Below, one piece after another: positions 52,038-64,000 of a DNA stretch of 64,000 nucleotides. The notes under the pieces are model-generated. The model saw nothing but the letters and a program-made list of their open reading frames with translations, searched no databases and was not told the origin of the DNA. The first letter of the stretch is position 1. Each line of letters starts with the position of its first letter. The translations under genes and the position numbers were made by a program. This DNA is from Paraspadella gotoi (taxonomy: Eukaryota; Animalia; Chaetognatha): positions 17,015,172 through 17,079,171 of the forward strand of contig CM119265.1 in the NCBI GenBank assembly GCA_051294375.1, written 5' to 3'.

Positions 52038-55000
52038 TCAAATGGGTCTGTACGGTTGGCAAAACTGATAAACCAATCTTTGACTTTTGTCCGTTTTCTT
52101 TATAATTCCCTTCTTGTAGTATTGTCGAATAGACCTGGAAAGTTTGTCGTAGTTCATTGCTGGTCGGTTCTTTCGTTTTCCCCAAAGAGTTGCAACCAAA
52201 TTTGAATCATCTATTTTGAATATTCCTAAAGAAAAAACAAGGGATTCAAAATATTATCATACAATATTTTACCTTACATTCACAAGTAATCATGGGACGA
52301 AAGGAATCAAAATGATGAACTTCAAAAAATGTTACCAGTGTTTACGGACTACGTATAAATTTACTATCGTGAGCATATAAACAGTTTTGTTCCGCATACC
52401 TTTTTGTTTGTCGACCCAGCGAATTGCGCTACTGTACGCCTGAGGTTCCATTAGTAATTCTCTGAGAAACTGCCAAAGTTGTATAGTTTGTTTCTGCCAC
52501 GGCGGAACGCCGCCCGGTGACAAGGCGCCAGGCGAAACAGCACCGGCACGATGATGATGGTTATAGTTTTCCGCTTTAAGGCGAACATTGGGATCAAACT
52601 GGGAGTCAACCTCGGACGGGGAAAAGGGGCGTCTAGGAGAAGAGGGAGATCGGCAAGGTCGAGAAATCGGGAACAGTTTCTGGGAAGATCCAGGCAGGGA
52701 TGAATTGAAGAAAGGGGCGTGACTGAGATGGTAGGCGTCCGCGTTGGCGCTGCCCGTCGAGTTGCGTCGTATCTCATGTTCCTCGCGTCTCGGTACCACG
52801 AGTCTTTCCTCCTGCAAAGAATACTTCCGGCGGACAGCGGCGTCGTCGATGGCGACGTTGGGGCTTAGATGTTCCACAGGAGATCCCTGCTCCGAGCCAG
52901 GAGATGAAGACGTCGAGAGTGTGGACGGTGACGCCAGACTCTGCTGCGATCCACCAGAAGAGTTCCAGCCTACGTACGAATAATTAACTTTATTTATTAT
53001 CATGAAACAGCAAAATTTCCACTTTTATCATTTACGTATTTAAACCCCACATTATATATTGTAAATTTTTGTAAGAAGCTCGATTTTCAGACTTTTTAGA
53101 TTTATTTACAAGTTTTTTTGAAATAAATAGAGGATTCGTTTTTATTTCAAGGCGGAAAAAGGGACACTGGCATTGCTCGTTTCCCCCCCCCCTCCAATAA
53201 AAAAAACGAGAGCCGAGAAAGGGTTATGCTTTTCTCCTGAACTTCGCGGGGTGGAGACGGTTTCACCGCTTTTTTCCTCAAAATACACAAAATGGAATTC
53301 GTTAAATCGGGGAAAAACCCATTCGTGGTCGACCTTTCAACCAAATAAAAAAAAACTTAGAAAAAAGTCGTGTAAAGGTTTAAATTCGATAACCATCAAT
53401 TTTGGTGCAAGGATCAGAACTCATATTTCTTTTATTGTATTTTTTTCCCCTAGCATTTCCGACAAATTAGAAACTAATTAAGATCACGATGTATACGTAT
53501 AGACTATAGTTTATATAGAGTGACTAATTCCCTATACCCAATTCCAACACCTCCGGCATCACCGGTAGTTATCTGCGGAAGTGGAAGGTAGGTCTGGGAC
53601 GACCAAGCCGAGACGTTGGGCGGCATTACAGACGAGTGCGGAAAGCCTGGACTGAGCGACGCCGTGGGCGGTAAAAGACCAGTATGCGTCGTGAGACAAG
53701 GAGAATTGGAAGAAGCCAATCTTGAGTCTGAAGCCTCAAACCGATTTCCCGGAAGGGGAGAATGAAGATGGCGGGGGGATTGACTTCGGGGTGACGCGGG
53801 GTGAGGTGAGCGAGAATGAGGATGCGGAGAATAAACGACGGGTGAATTGGAGGCTGGTCGGAGGGACGAAAAGTGATGAAAAGCGACTGGAGAGCACGCC
53901 GGGGGCGGTGGCGGAAGACAGGACGCAGAGTTCCTTCTCGAGAGATCGATGGCACGGGCGCCATCCTCGTCAGCCTCCTCCATAACATCTTCAGATCGGT
54001 CGCCGGAAAATCGCCGATCGGTCGAGCTCGGCGCCAGAGATATGCCCGAGTCCCGCCGTAGAGTTCCAGTGTCCATGGGTTCCTCCCCAGAAGCGGCGAG
54101 TGCGGCTCCAAGGTGAGGTTCGAAAGGCGTGACAGCGATCGCCGCTCCTCCTTCGACGTCGACGTATTCGTCCGAGTCTTTGGAGTCTTTGGACGACGAA
54201 AGAGCGAAACCGACGCCGAACGGAAGCGACAATCGGTTTTCCCGCGATTCGGGAAGAGGCGGACAAAAGAAAGGAGATGGGTTGGAGAAGGATATGGGCG
54301 ACGATCCCGAGGCGCGGGTCGAAGGTGTCGTTAGGATGCCAGAGTCACCACCCGGGGACGACGAACTGAAAAAAATATACGAGATATATAACAAAACAAT
54401 ATCGATAACAAAAAGGGAAAAGAGGAAACACGCTGCAGAGAAACAGAGAACAAGAACCCCAGCCTCTTTTTCTTTTATTGTCTTTTTTATATAGGTCAGA
54501 AGTCAAATGAATAGGCAGAAGAAAAAAGAAAAGAGGATAAGAAATATTTTAACGTGGCTTTATTTTAGTTCTCAAATTGATATAGCAAAAGAACTTTTTT
54601 ACCACCCGTCATAGGAGTTAGTTATAGTTACAGTACCTCGATTAATTAAAGAAATTCGGCATGAATGCATTTCTGTTGATTCCCTTAAATAAAATGTTTT
54701 CACATTCTTTTAATCCTTTTCATTCAAATCTTTCCCCCTCTAATTTTTTTCTTTATGCGTAGTCAACTTTGGAACAATTCATACCTTCTCATAGGTTGAG
54801 GAAAAGAAAAACGAGAGTGGTTGGCAGTGACCGAATGCGGCAGTGGAGACCCTCTCACGCCCATGGAGTCACTGTGGTGGTGTCGATAACGAAAAATAAA
54901 AGAAGAAAATTAAAAGATGTATTGAAGAATCGGAAAAGTGTGAAAAACGAACTCTGACAAATACTGTAAGAAATTTTAAAATTACTATTTTTTAAAGAGA

Positions 55001-55150
55001 AAGCAGTGCAAAGAAAATGGGTGATAAGCTCGATTGAAAATATCTTTTCAGAAACGTACAAAATGGCAAAGATAAAAAATGAGTTATGTGCCCTTTGTCT
55101 TAAGTTGTTATTTTTAACTATTTATCATTTCATAGTCCATAATTCAAACC

Positions 55151-55195
<45 letters not shown>

Positions 55196-55331
55196 ATGTT
55201 GACAGCTAAGCGACGAACGAAGCTCAAGCTTTAGGGGAAAAAGAAATTCGCAGATAAAGGTTTAAAGAGAGCGAGAGCAACGGCAATGGCCAAATATTGT
55301 GCGGAAAAGAAAGAAAAGCGAAGGAATAAAC

Positions 55332-55398
<67 letters not shown>

Positions 55399-55666
55399 AA
55401 AAGAGTATTCGGTGACAGGACAGCAGAGGCCACAGTTTCTCAACCCACAATGTAAGGGCTGTGGGATCAGGAGAGGGCCTCACCTGCTGCCGGTGTTCGG
55501 CACGCCTTGCTCCTCGTCACTCCTCGGAGGGGCGGGAGTGATAAGGACCTCGGGTGGGGCGCGTGGTGGTGAAGCAGCGGCGGGTAGCGAATCACTATTG
55601 GCGCGATTTTGGCGACCATGAGGGAAATTGATCGATTGTATCGATTCCAGTACTTGCTGGGGGAAA
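52038..55666 (-). CDS. SPDEF: SPDEF/PDEF-subfamily ETS transcription factor; exons 55666-55484, 54365-~53551, 52969-52400, 52225-52038; own start codon uncertain (see fusion finding)
   Basis: IQLWQFLRELL, IRWVDKQKG|IFKIDDS..VA.LWGKRKNRPAMNYDKLSRSIRQYYKKGIIKK...SQRLVYQF is typical of the PDEF group. No PNT domain recognised. Confidence 0.88.
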
Positions 55667-55748
55667 CTATTAAAAAACATAACAGCCGAATTTACGTATA
55701 TTGCTATACATTAAAAAAACTTTCAAAAAGAAAAAAGAAAAAAGCTAC

Positions 55749-57567
55749 CTACCTGTCTCTGGGTTGGCTTCTGGTAAGATCTAAGTATTCTTCGCAGTCT
55801 ATCTCTAATTTGGCCATGAGTTCCGCCAATTTCCTAGCTTTTCGCAACTCGTTCTCCTGAATGATGACGCAAAGATGTTCGGTCAGTCTTTCTTTCATCT
55901 CTGTTTTTCTGTGCAGATCCATTTTGGCACGAATATACTCCGCTTCTGCCGTCTCGAAGACTTTCCTGAAGATGAGGCGATTTTTAAATAAGGACAAAAA
56001 GGACCAAATCGCGGTTCAGACTCACTGCGCCTCCAAGTAGTCCCGAGAAGCCTCCTCGATCTTGTCTCTGAGGATAGAGACGTCGACGTTAAGCTGCTGG
56101 TCGAGGCTCTGGAGCTCACGTTGAACCACTTGAAGTTTGTGCTGCTCGGCGTTGGTGGCGCGACGCTTGGCCTCTAAAGCCGCCGAGAGCATCTCGCGTC
56201 GCATCCGGTTCGCCTCTTCCATTTGTCGTTGATGCTCTCGAAACGCTTCAACGTTCTGTAGCTGCCGTCTAATTTTAAAAATAAAAAAATGGTTAAACAA
56301 GTTCCTACTCATAAAAATTAAATTAAACTAAGACTTCAAAAAAATTGTAAGATTTTATGTATAGTTAATAACATTTAAAAACCAAAGCTTGTCCAAAGTC
56401 AGGGGCAATATAGCTTATTTATTAAATGAATGGATAATTTTTACATTGGTTGTACCAATTTCATTTAATAATAGAAGCATTTAAAGTTTATTGAATTACT
56501 ATAAATCAGAAAAAAAATTTCAATTCAGAATTTTTAAAATATTATTACAAGATTTCAAGTTGTTTTATCGGTTCAAATTAGCAAAACTGTAAAAATTAAA
56601 GTATGATGATGATGAAGATTTTTAACTCATTTATCATCGAAATATCGAAAAACGAATTATACTTTGTGTAGTCTTTAGACCTATGCATTGATTAATATTT
56701 AAACGCTTCAATTTTATACTGTTCTTCATTAGGTAAAAAAGGGTAGTAAATATTGATTAAATATAATTTAATTTAATATATGATGGACAAATGAATTTTG
56801 TATTACAGAACTCCTAATGATAAAAAGTGATAAATTTTTGCCCGCCTTATTATATATACATACTTTTCACAGAAAAAAAATCTCTAGTGATGGTTTCTTA
56901 AATTTTCCCAACAACAATGATACTATAACAAATTATTGATGTAATAGTAATTGATTGAAGTAATAGTAATTGATTGATTGATTTAATAGTAATTGATTGA
57001 TGCGATGATAATCAATTATTGATTCAATAATAACCAATTATTAATGCGATAATAACCAAACATTAATACTATGATAACCAAAGGATTGAAGCGATGATAA
57101 CCAAAGGATTGAAGCGATGATAACTAAAAGGGTAACTTTACTATTCGACGTCCGTAACCAACCTTTTTACCACCGGTCGGTACTTTGTTAATTTTGTTTT
57201 CCCTCTAGCGTCGTCTCACTTTGCGCAATAATATACATTTTTTTTGTTCAGTGATACAAATTTTATAATAAATAATAATTGTTTTAAATTTATTTTAATT
57301 GCTATTTTTATGTTTAAGGTAGAAAATGAATTGTTTTTTACGTACGAGTTTTATAAAGAAACATTTAGGACATGTTTTAGCTTCAATATAAGCCTTTATC
57401 AACGCAAAAACGAATTGATTTGTAAAACAAATATTTTCATAGACTTTCTCTCTCTCTCTTTCTCTTCAAACTTCAAAGTTTATAAAATTTGTTATAAAAA
57501 GTTTTTTTTCCTTTACCAGTATTTTTTTTTTTGCTTAACAAATTTTTTATATAAGTCACTCGTAAGA

Positions 57568-57643
<76 letters not shown>

Positions 57644-60600
57644 ACCGCAAGAGAGAGAAAGAGAAAAAAAAGATAAAGAGAAGCTGGACAACCGCTGGAC
57701 AGCCGATGCAGAGCTTAACTCTTTTTAAACGAATCAGAAGAAGCAGCGATGGAAAAAAAGAGAAAGAGCGACATATAATTAAAAGAGAGAGCGACATATA
57801 TTTAAAAAAGAGAGCTAAACAGCCGCTGGACAACCGCTATAGAGCTGAACTCGTCTATATATATACAAATTATTTTGTAAATAAAACAAACAATTGAGTG
57901 GAGGAATATGAAACATAACAATTTAAATTTTAGCTTCCTATGCTATGGTTACAATTTTCAATATTAAAACAGCGTGACGACGACGACGGCACAAAGAAGC
58001 AATACTAAATGGTTATCCACGCCGTCTGGCGAGATTAAAACCTGCTTAATGATAAAAACTAGAAATAATTGTACCGAATCGCTTCTTCGTCCTCGACCGT
58101 CCTTTGATTGTCTCTTTCATTTAGGGATTTTTCTGCAGCGCTTACGAGAGGTGGCGAAGGGTTGGAGATTGATTCCTCGTCTGAACAAAAGTCGAAATGA
58201 GGGGAAGAAAATTCTAGGACGTTTTAATTTATTCTGAAATTTATTGAAAAAAAAAACGTCAAAAAGAAAAACCTACAATTGTGACAAAAGTTCTGACAAA
58301 ACTTTTCAGCGTTTGCATCAAATCTGATTCATCATTTAATACCAATTTAATATCTAGTTAAATCTTATTATATAAAATATCCACTAATTATTATCAAATT
58401 TGACAGCGTTTACCGTTTGGTTTGAATCGCCATTAATTGTAAACATTACTTACGAATTACGGTACAAATTAGGTATATTAGAATTCCTAGATATGCAATT
58501 ACTCTTACCGTGGATTTTGTGATCAGAGGGAGCAACAACGGCGATGGCCGTCACTTTTCCTTGAGACAGCGAGCTATCGAGGTTGAGATCAAATTCGCCT
58601 TGCTCGTTCTTCAGTTCCGGGGATGTGGCGTCATCAGCGACGCCCTGTTCGCCTTTTGTTCCCATCTCCATCTTGACAGGGGATACAATGTCTGCTCCAA
58701 GTGAGACGTCCCCGATGATGGCCGTGGGTCGGGGCGAGGTTGCGGCCGCCGCCGCCGACGAGGCGGCAGATGCGGGCCGCGACAGCGACGGAGAGGAACA
58801 AGGAGACAATGATGGTACGGATTCGCGAGAGCGGGGTCCGCCAAAAAAGGCGGAGGACGGCAACTTGGGCTGAGACGGCAAAATATTGCTTCCGATCGAC
58901 GAAAACGCAAATGGGCGTCGTTGGGAAACGTCAGAGGGTTCACCTAAAATGGGAAAAGCAACTGCGTGAGCATCGAAACTTTTTTCCTTTTTTATTCATA
59001 AAGAAAAATGATTCTGATCTAAAAGCCTTGTAACGAAATAAGAATGCAAAGAATGTCGACGATAAAAAAGCCAGAGCACCTTTGTTTCGAAAACAGGATG
59101 TAAACGAGAGACGGACGTAACTCGAAGCCGGATGTTACGAAGAAGAGAAATGATTTCGCTTTCTGAGAACAAAAATTGTTCCGATGTTTCAAAATAGGAT
59201 CGAAGACGAAAACGCGAAAGAAATGATCGGGCGCTACTAAGGAGAAGGTAAGAAGGAAGAGAGAGAATGATAAGCGGGTTTTTGCGCTTTTCCGCGACTC
59301 TTCAATCTGGAAAGTCTTCATCTGGAAAGAAGCAATGGTTGGGCGTGCTGAAAAAAAAAAAACCCTGGCACCTGGCCGTCGACCAATTGGCAGCCCCGGG
59401 AACGAGCCTTCTGGGGGAGAAGAAACCTTTTGTGATGGCGTAAAAGGAAAAATTTTCTTCGAAAAATAAATTCAGAAAATGAAGGGGAAAATGAAGAGGG
59501 AACTAGGGGGGGGGGGAAACATTGCCGAGGGGCAGATTGAAAATCTCTTATGCATGTTTAATAGTTTTTTTCGAAAGGGATATCGTTTGTAAACGCGAAC
59601 AATTTTCTAATTTTGCCCGAAATATTGTTGTGCGGTTTACTGCGCGACAAACCCGGAAGCAAACCAACCGTTCAAGAAAACCGGTGTTATCTGATAAAAA
59701 GAAATTCATGAGCCTCAGAACCGCTTTCTAGTCGATCCGCCGTCGATATTCGTGGAGACGGATTTAAGCCATCACCGAAAAAAAAAAATACGGACAAGTT
59801 CGTCTAAAGTTTCCAATCACCCTCCGTTCACCCCCACAGACATTTCCTTCGCCTCTCCTTTCCCTCCACCCTTTTCACCGCCTTTTCGCCAACGCGAAAA
59901 AACGGCCGGCCGTGATAAAAAGAAAAAAAAAGCAACTGCTTAGCGACGGCCGGCGCTGACGTCATCACTGACGCACATCCGCTTGGTTGACTCTTCAGTC
60001 TTCACCCTTTAACTTTTAACATCTTACTATCCTTGCACCAAAGAAAAAAAATTCACGACACATTTTAAAAGACAGTCAATCTTTTTAATTTTTTACCTAA
60101 AAGATTTATCGTACTTGCTAAGTAGATTGTAAAATATTGTTGATTTCGGTTATAACTGATGGGCATGTTTAAAAAAAATGAAAGCTACGAATAAGGTTAA
60201 GGGAGTTAAGGCTGTAGCAGAATAATTTGTGCCAGATATAGCGATAACTGGATAATAATTCATACCTAAAACCTATTATCTTTAAAAGGAAACAACGCCC
60301 CAAAACAAACATCAGTTTGAAAGAAAATTTAAAAAAATGCAAAATATAACGAGTCCCTTCCAAAATCCCATCATTAAACTTATTTTCAAAAAAAAAAAAA
60401 AAGGTTTCGACTGAATTTTTTCTACCCTTTCACACGTTAGACCTCTTTCAAACAGACTGGGGGGCGCCCCAGAGAAGACGCTTTAGTCGGAGCGGCTTGC
60501 CAAGTCGATCCTTCTCCCTCACTCTTTTTCCATTCCTGTTCTCCGAGGAGAACCAGGAACGCTTCTCGGGAAGGATGGAAGCGAGGGCCATCGACGGCGT

Positions 60601-61364
60601 ATGACGTCAATCCAGATGACGTCAATCACGGATTCTTTCGCCTTCGAGCCTCGAAAAGCCACTAAAAACATCGAGATTTACAGAGAGAGAGAAAAAAAAG
60701 AAAAGAAGAAAAAAATAAAGGTGGAGGGAAATCCACATTTTTTTAGAAATGAAAATAAAATCTAAAATTGAATATTGTTTTTATTTGAAAAACCTTTTTG
60801 CCAAATAAAAATTTTGACCAGCAAGAGATAATTATCATAAATTTAAAAAAAAATTTTTTTTAGTCGAGGTAAGCTCTATTTAACGACGGGGAGAGTGATT
60901 AAAACAAAATTTAGATGAATGATAGACTGACTTTAGGGCGAATAGAGAAGCTTTTCTCTTTGAAATCTGAATCTAAAGTGATAAATAAAAGAAATCTCAA
61001 AAAATGTTACTGATATTTTGATCGAGGATTAACTATTCTAAATATTAAATTCCTAGATAAAAAACAAATTCATTAATCAAATTTCTTTAAAAATTAACAA
61101 AGCCGAATCCAAAAGAAAACGATATTTAAGCTTAAATTATTATTGATAAAAACATAATTTTCACAATCAAAAAACGAAAAAAATTGAGTAAATATAAAAC
61201 TCACGTTTTGTAGTTTCTCCCACGTATTTGGCACTAGCCGCGTGGCGCGTCTCCTCATCCGAGTCGCGCTCTGCATTCTCGCCACTTCCGGTTGCGACGT
61301 CGGCCGTCGGGTGCCGAATCCGCGCCAATTCGGCGTCCGAGAATCCCACGAACCCACCGTCCAT
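55749..61364 (-). CDS. GORAB: RAB6-interacting golgin GORAB; exons 61364-61205, 58943-58509, 58180-58075, 56268-56026, 55965-55749 (386 aa if it stops at TAG 55751-55749)
   Basis: N-terminal [72 protein letters not shown]. Phases 1,1,2,2 agree. Confidence 0.9.
56920..57128. repeat. Degenerate ~22-bp minisatellite in a GORAB intron
   Basis: Repeated units resembling GCGATGATAACCAAAGGATTGAA and GTAATAGTAATTGATTGA. Confidence 0.75.
57571..57640. repeat. Long poly(A) tract followed by GA-rich sequence (similar arrangement at ~17251-17356)
   Basis: Seen directly. Confidence 0.9.
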
Positions 61365-61673
61365 GGCGTGCGCGAGAGGGTGCGGGAATGAAATATATAT
61401 TACTCGTTCCGCTAAGAGGTTAGCATCTTTGTTTTAGGTTTCCGTAACACAGGAAGTTCCGTGTACGACCGCGAGATGTTGTAAAAGTTTCTTGACTTGA
61501 GGCACGTTAGACTTTGTCCTGGGGTTTCGAAAGCGAAGAAAATCTAGAGAAATGTCGCAGTATCGAAAATCCCTCCCGCGTTGAGCTGGGGAAGGAGGAA
61601 ATATGTTCCGTGTGGCGACGCGGTGACGACGGCCACTTGATAACCTGAAACGCAAGAGCGAGCGATGACGTCA
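59957..61673. promoter_or_regulatory. Cluster of four palindromic CRE sites in CpG-rich patches around GORAB exon 1
   Basis: TGACGTCA at 59957, 60602, 60617 and 61666. Confidence 0.55.
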
Positions 61674-62465
61674 CTACGGAACAAACGCGCGAGTTGCGCG
61701 TGCCACGATCAACGCGAAAAACCGCGCGTGGCTGCGCATCTTCTATGACGACTATACACGAACGATCATACCGCCTGATTCCTAATTCCACCTTAGAATA
61801 AGTGAAATATAAAAATAACGCAGCAGATTGATTCAATCATGAAAAGGAAAAAAAAGTTCAGAATTAACTCGCCGGTCATAAAAGAGACAGAAGTTTACCC
61901 TTAAATACTTATTTTAATACTGACCAGGAACTGGCCATTATGTTTAACACCTTTTCAGTCAACTTCACTGTAAAGGCGGATTAAAAGAATAAAAAATTCC
62001 AAAGCGGAAAAATCACAAAAAAATCTTAGCCTAAGCTTAGGCTTTGAAAAAAAATTTGTAGACAATTAGTCACCAAACGTGTTTACATATGACGCTTGCT
62101 TCGTCCTAAGTAAAAGTTCTACGATTTGAAAAAAACACAAGGACGAACATGATGAAATGTGATGAAAATTGTTAAAGAATCGTAAACGTATGCAAAAATC
62201 ATTGTCGAACTTAACAGTAATCAAGAGGGAAAAAAAAATTCGGAGAATGGAGTTTTTTTTTCCCTCCGGTTTGGCCGCATCCTCGATAACCTTTGGGCGA
62301 AGGAGGGCGTCGGTGAGGCTGTTTCTCGCCCACCCTCTCATTCAAAGTCTTCGACTCTGGAGATTCGATGAGCAGCCGACCCAAAGGCAGTCGAAGATCC
62401 TTCTTCTCAAAGACGGAAGAGGAGGGGGCCAGGGTCGATCGGGAGGATCAGGAACGGGTCAGATA

Positions 62466-62538
<73 letters not shown>

Positions 62539-62541
62539 AGA

Positions 62542-62575
<34 letters not shown>

Positions 62576-63353
62576 GCACGAACCCGGGCTTCCTGCTCGT
62601 CTTCCTCCTCTTCTCAACCCGGTCGCCGCCAGTCACGAAGGAAGTAGTTTCTGAATTCTGTGTCTCTTTCCGACTTAAAAAGCGACCAGTGGCTGCGACA
62701 AAAACATGTATCGTTAACATATATTTTTAAACAAATCTTGTAAAAAAAAATAAGTAAAAAAAAGTAAAAAAAAGATCAATACCAAATCTTTAAAATTAAA
62801 TATACCCGATAAAAAATCATATAAAATATTAAACATCACGAACAATAAAAGTATGTTAAGAAGTCACAAGCTTGTAAGATAAAAAAAATATTAAAATTCA
62901 AATCAATAAATTATTAAATTATCTAAATACATTTAGAAATTTTTTTTTAAAAATTCACTTTTTTGCGTCGAAAGTTAGTGAAAAACGCCCAAAAATATGT
63001 GCAGCACAACTGAACACATATCAAGTAAACTTATGCTATCGCAAACTGTTCAAATACCATTGATAAAATAAGATTTGACGTAAATTCAAAAAAAAAATGC
63101 CCAAAATTTGATAGGTCGTTATGTCACTCAAGAAAGACTAAAAATTTAATAGTTGCTGGACCGGACTGAAGTCCCGACGCGACTCAAAATTTTTTTCAAA
63201 TCATAGTTTCAGTTAAGCTAAGACGCGTGACTTTTCAGAATTTTTGTCTATTATATTTTATTATAAATCACTTTAGTGAAAAATGTGTATGTTTTTTCGT
63301 CTATTTAACTTTTTCTACCTACTTAGAGAATTTGTCTCTAACTTTCTTTACTA

Positions 63354-63533
63354 TGCACCCACTAGATCTTTAATTGTACCTGCTTTTCAACAAAATAACA
63401 AATATTTATAGGTTTTTGTCTTAATAAACCAAAGAGCATTTTTAAAAATAAAACGGCAATAAAATTTTGTTTAAAACTTTAGCTGCACCCACTAGATATT
63501 CACTTGCACCTGCTCTTTAACAAAATAACAATT
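63354..63533. repeat. Direct repeat of ~50 bp with a 130-bp period
   Basis: TGCACCCACTAGAT...ACCTGCT...AACAAAATAACAA at 63354 and 63484. Confidence 0.8.
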
Positions 63534-64000
63534 GTTTTTTTAAATTTTTATTATTTTAAATATTTAAAAAAAAATATTGGATATTTTTAACAAGTATTTT
63601 TTTCTTATTCTATTTTATTCTATTTATTTTTCTATATCTTTATCAAAGCATTTTCATCATATATCAAATATGGAAACAAAAATATTATTTTGATTTATAA
63701 AATATTATTGCAAATACTAAAATGATATTAGTGCCACAAAAACAGTTCAGTTCAAGCCCTGAAAGTAAATTTCGTTTATTGTCGCAGCCACTGGTTATTT
63801 TCGCTTGTTAAAAACCTATATGAACTTTCACTTAATGTACATTTTTTTCCCAAACAAAAAAGTTGTAAAAGAATATGTAGCAATAAACTAACTCATTTTT
63901 GCTGCAGTTGCTAACTTTATTATTTTTTCTATCAAGCTATAATTTCCAAACTTTTTGTCCGCTTCGTCTTTAAAATTAAAAACAAACTACCCTAGAATAA

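Noticed and set aside
56920-57128. CRISPR-like array
   Set aside because: Tandem degenerate units without unique spacers, in a eukaryotic intron.
57244-57897. 217-aa poly-Lys ORF and the (ER)n/(LS)n ORFs at 55224-55621 and 62169-62730
   Set aside because: Artefacts of poly(A) and (GA)n tracts.
60437-60625. 62-aa ORF as an extra GORAB coding exon
   Set aside because: Exon 1 already joins 58943 in phase and there is no good acceptor; better explained as a CRE-containing regulatory patch.
1-64000. Alternative genetic code or systematic non-canonical introns
   Set aside because: All models translate with the standard code, and all introns checked are GT-AG except one GC-AG.

Overview
Gene-dense, AT-rich genomic DNA from a eukaryote, most likely an invertebrate animal (short GT-AG introns, motile-cilia genes, ETS and IGF2BP factors). 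No prokaryotic features were seen. Gene order: AKR7-like (+, 5' end outside the window), TRAP1 (-), intronless TRNAU1AP (-), DNAJA (-), a divergent promoter with a heat-shock element and an RFX X-box, IFT52 (+), RSPH9 (+) with an antisense 2-exon orphan coiled-coil gene in intron 2, STRIP/FAM40 (-) with an antisense OAS-like gene in an intron, liprin-beta (+), IGF2BP/Imp (-), an SPDEF-type ETS factor (-) and GORAB (-). The most striking observation is that the GORAB stop codon lies inside a tandem 5' splice site (AG|GTAG|GTAG). Splicing an 86-nt intron there joins GORAB in frame to the exons of the ETS gene, predicting a ~970-aa golgin-ETS fusion alongside a 386-aa GORAB. Also seen: Penelope-type minimal hammerhead motifs, a TG..CA solo-LTR-like family, MITE and Helentron-like repeats, operon-like tight gene spacing, a GC-AG intron, an 18-nt microexon, a TGATG uORF overlap and a 1-nt frameshift in TRAP1. 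All gene names come from remembered family motifs and manual exon phasing, not database searches.
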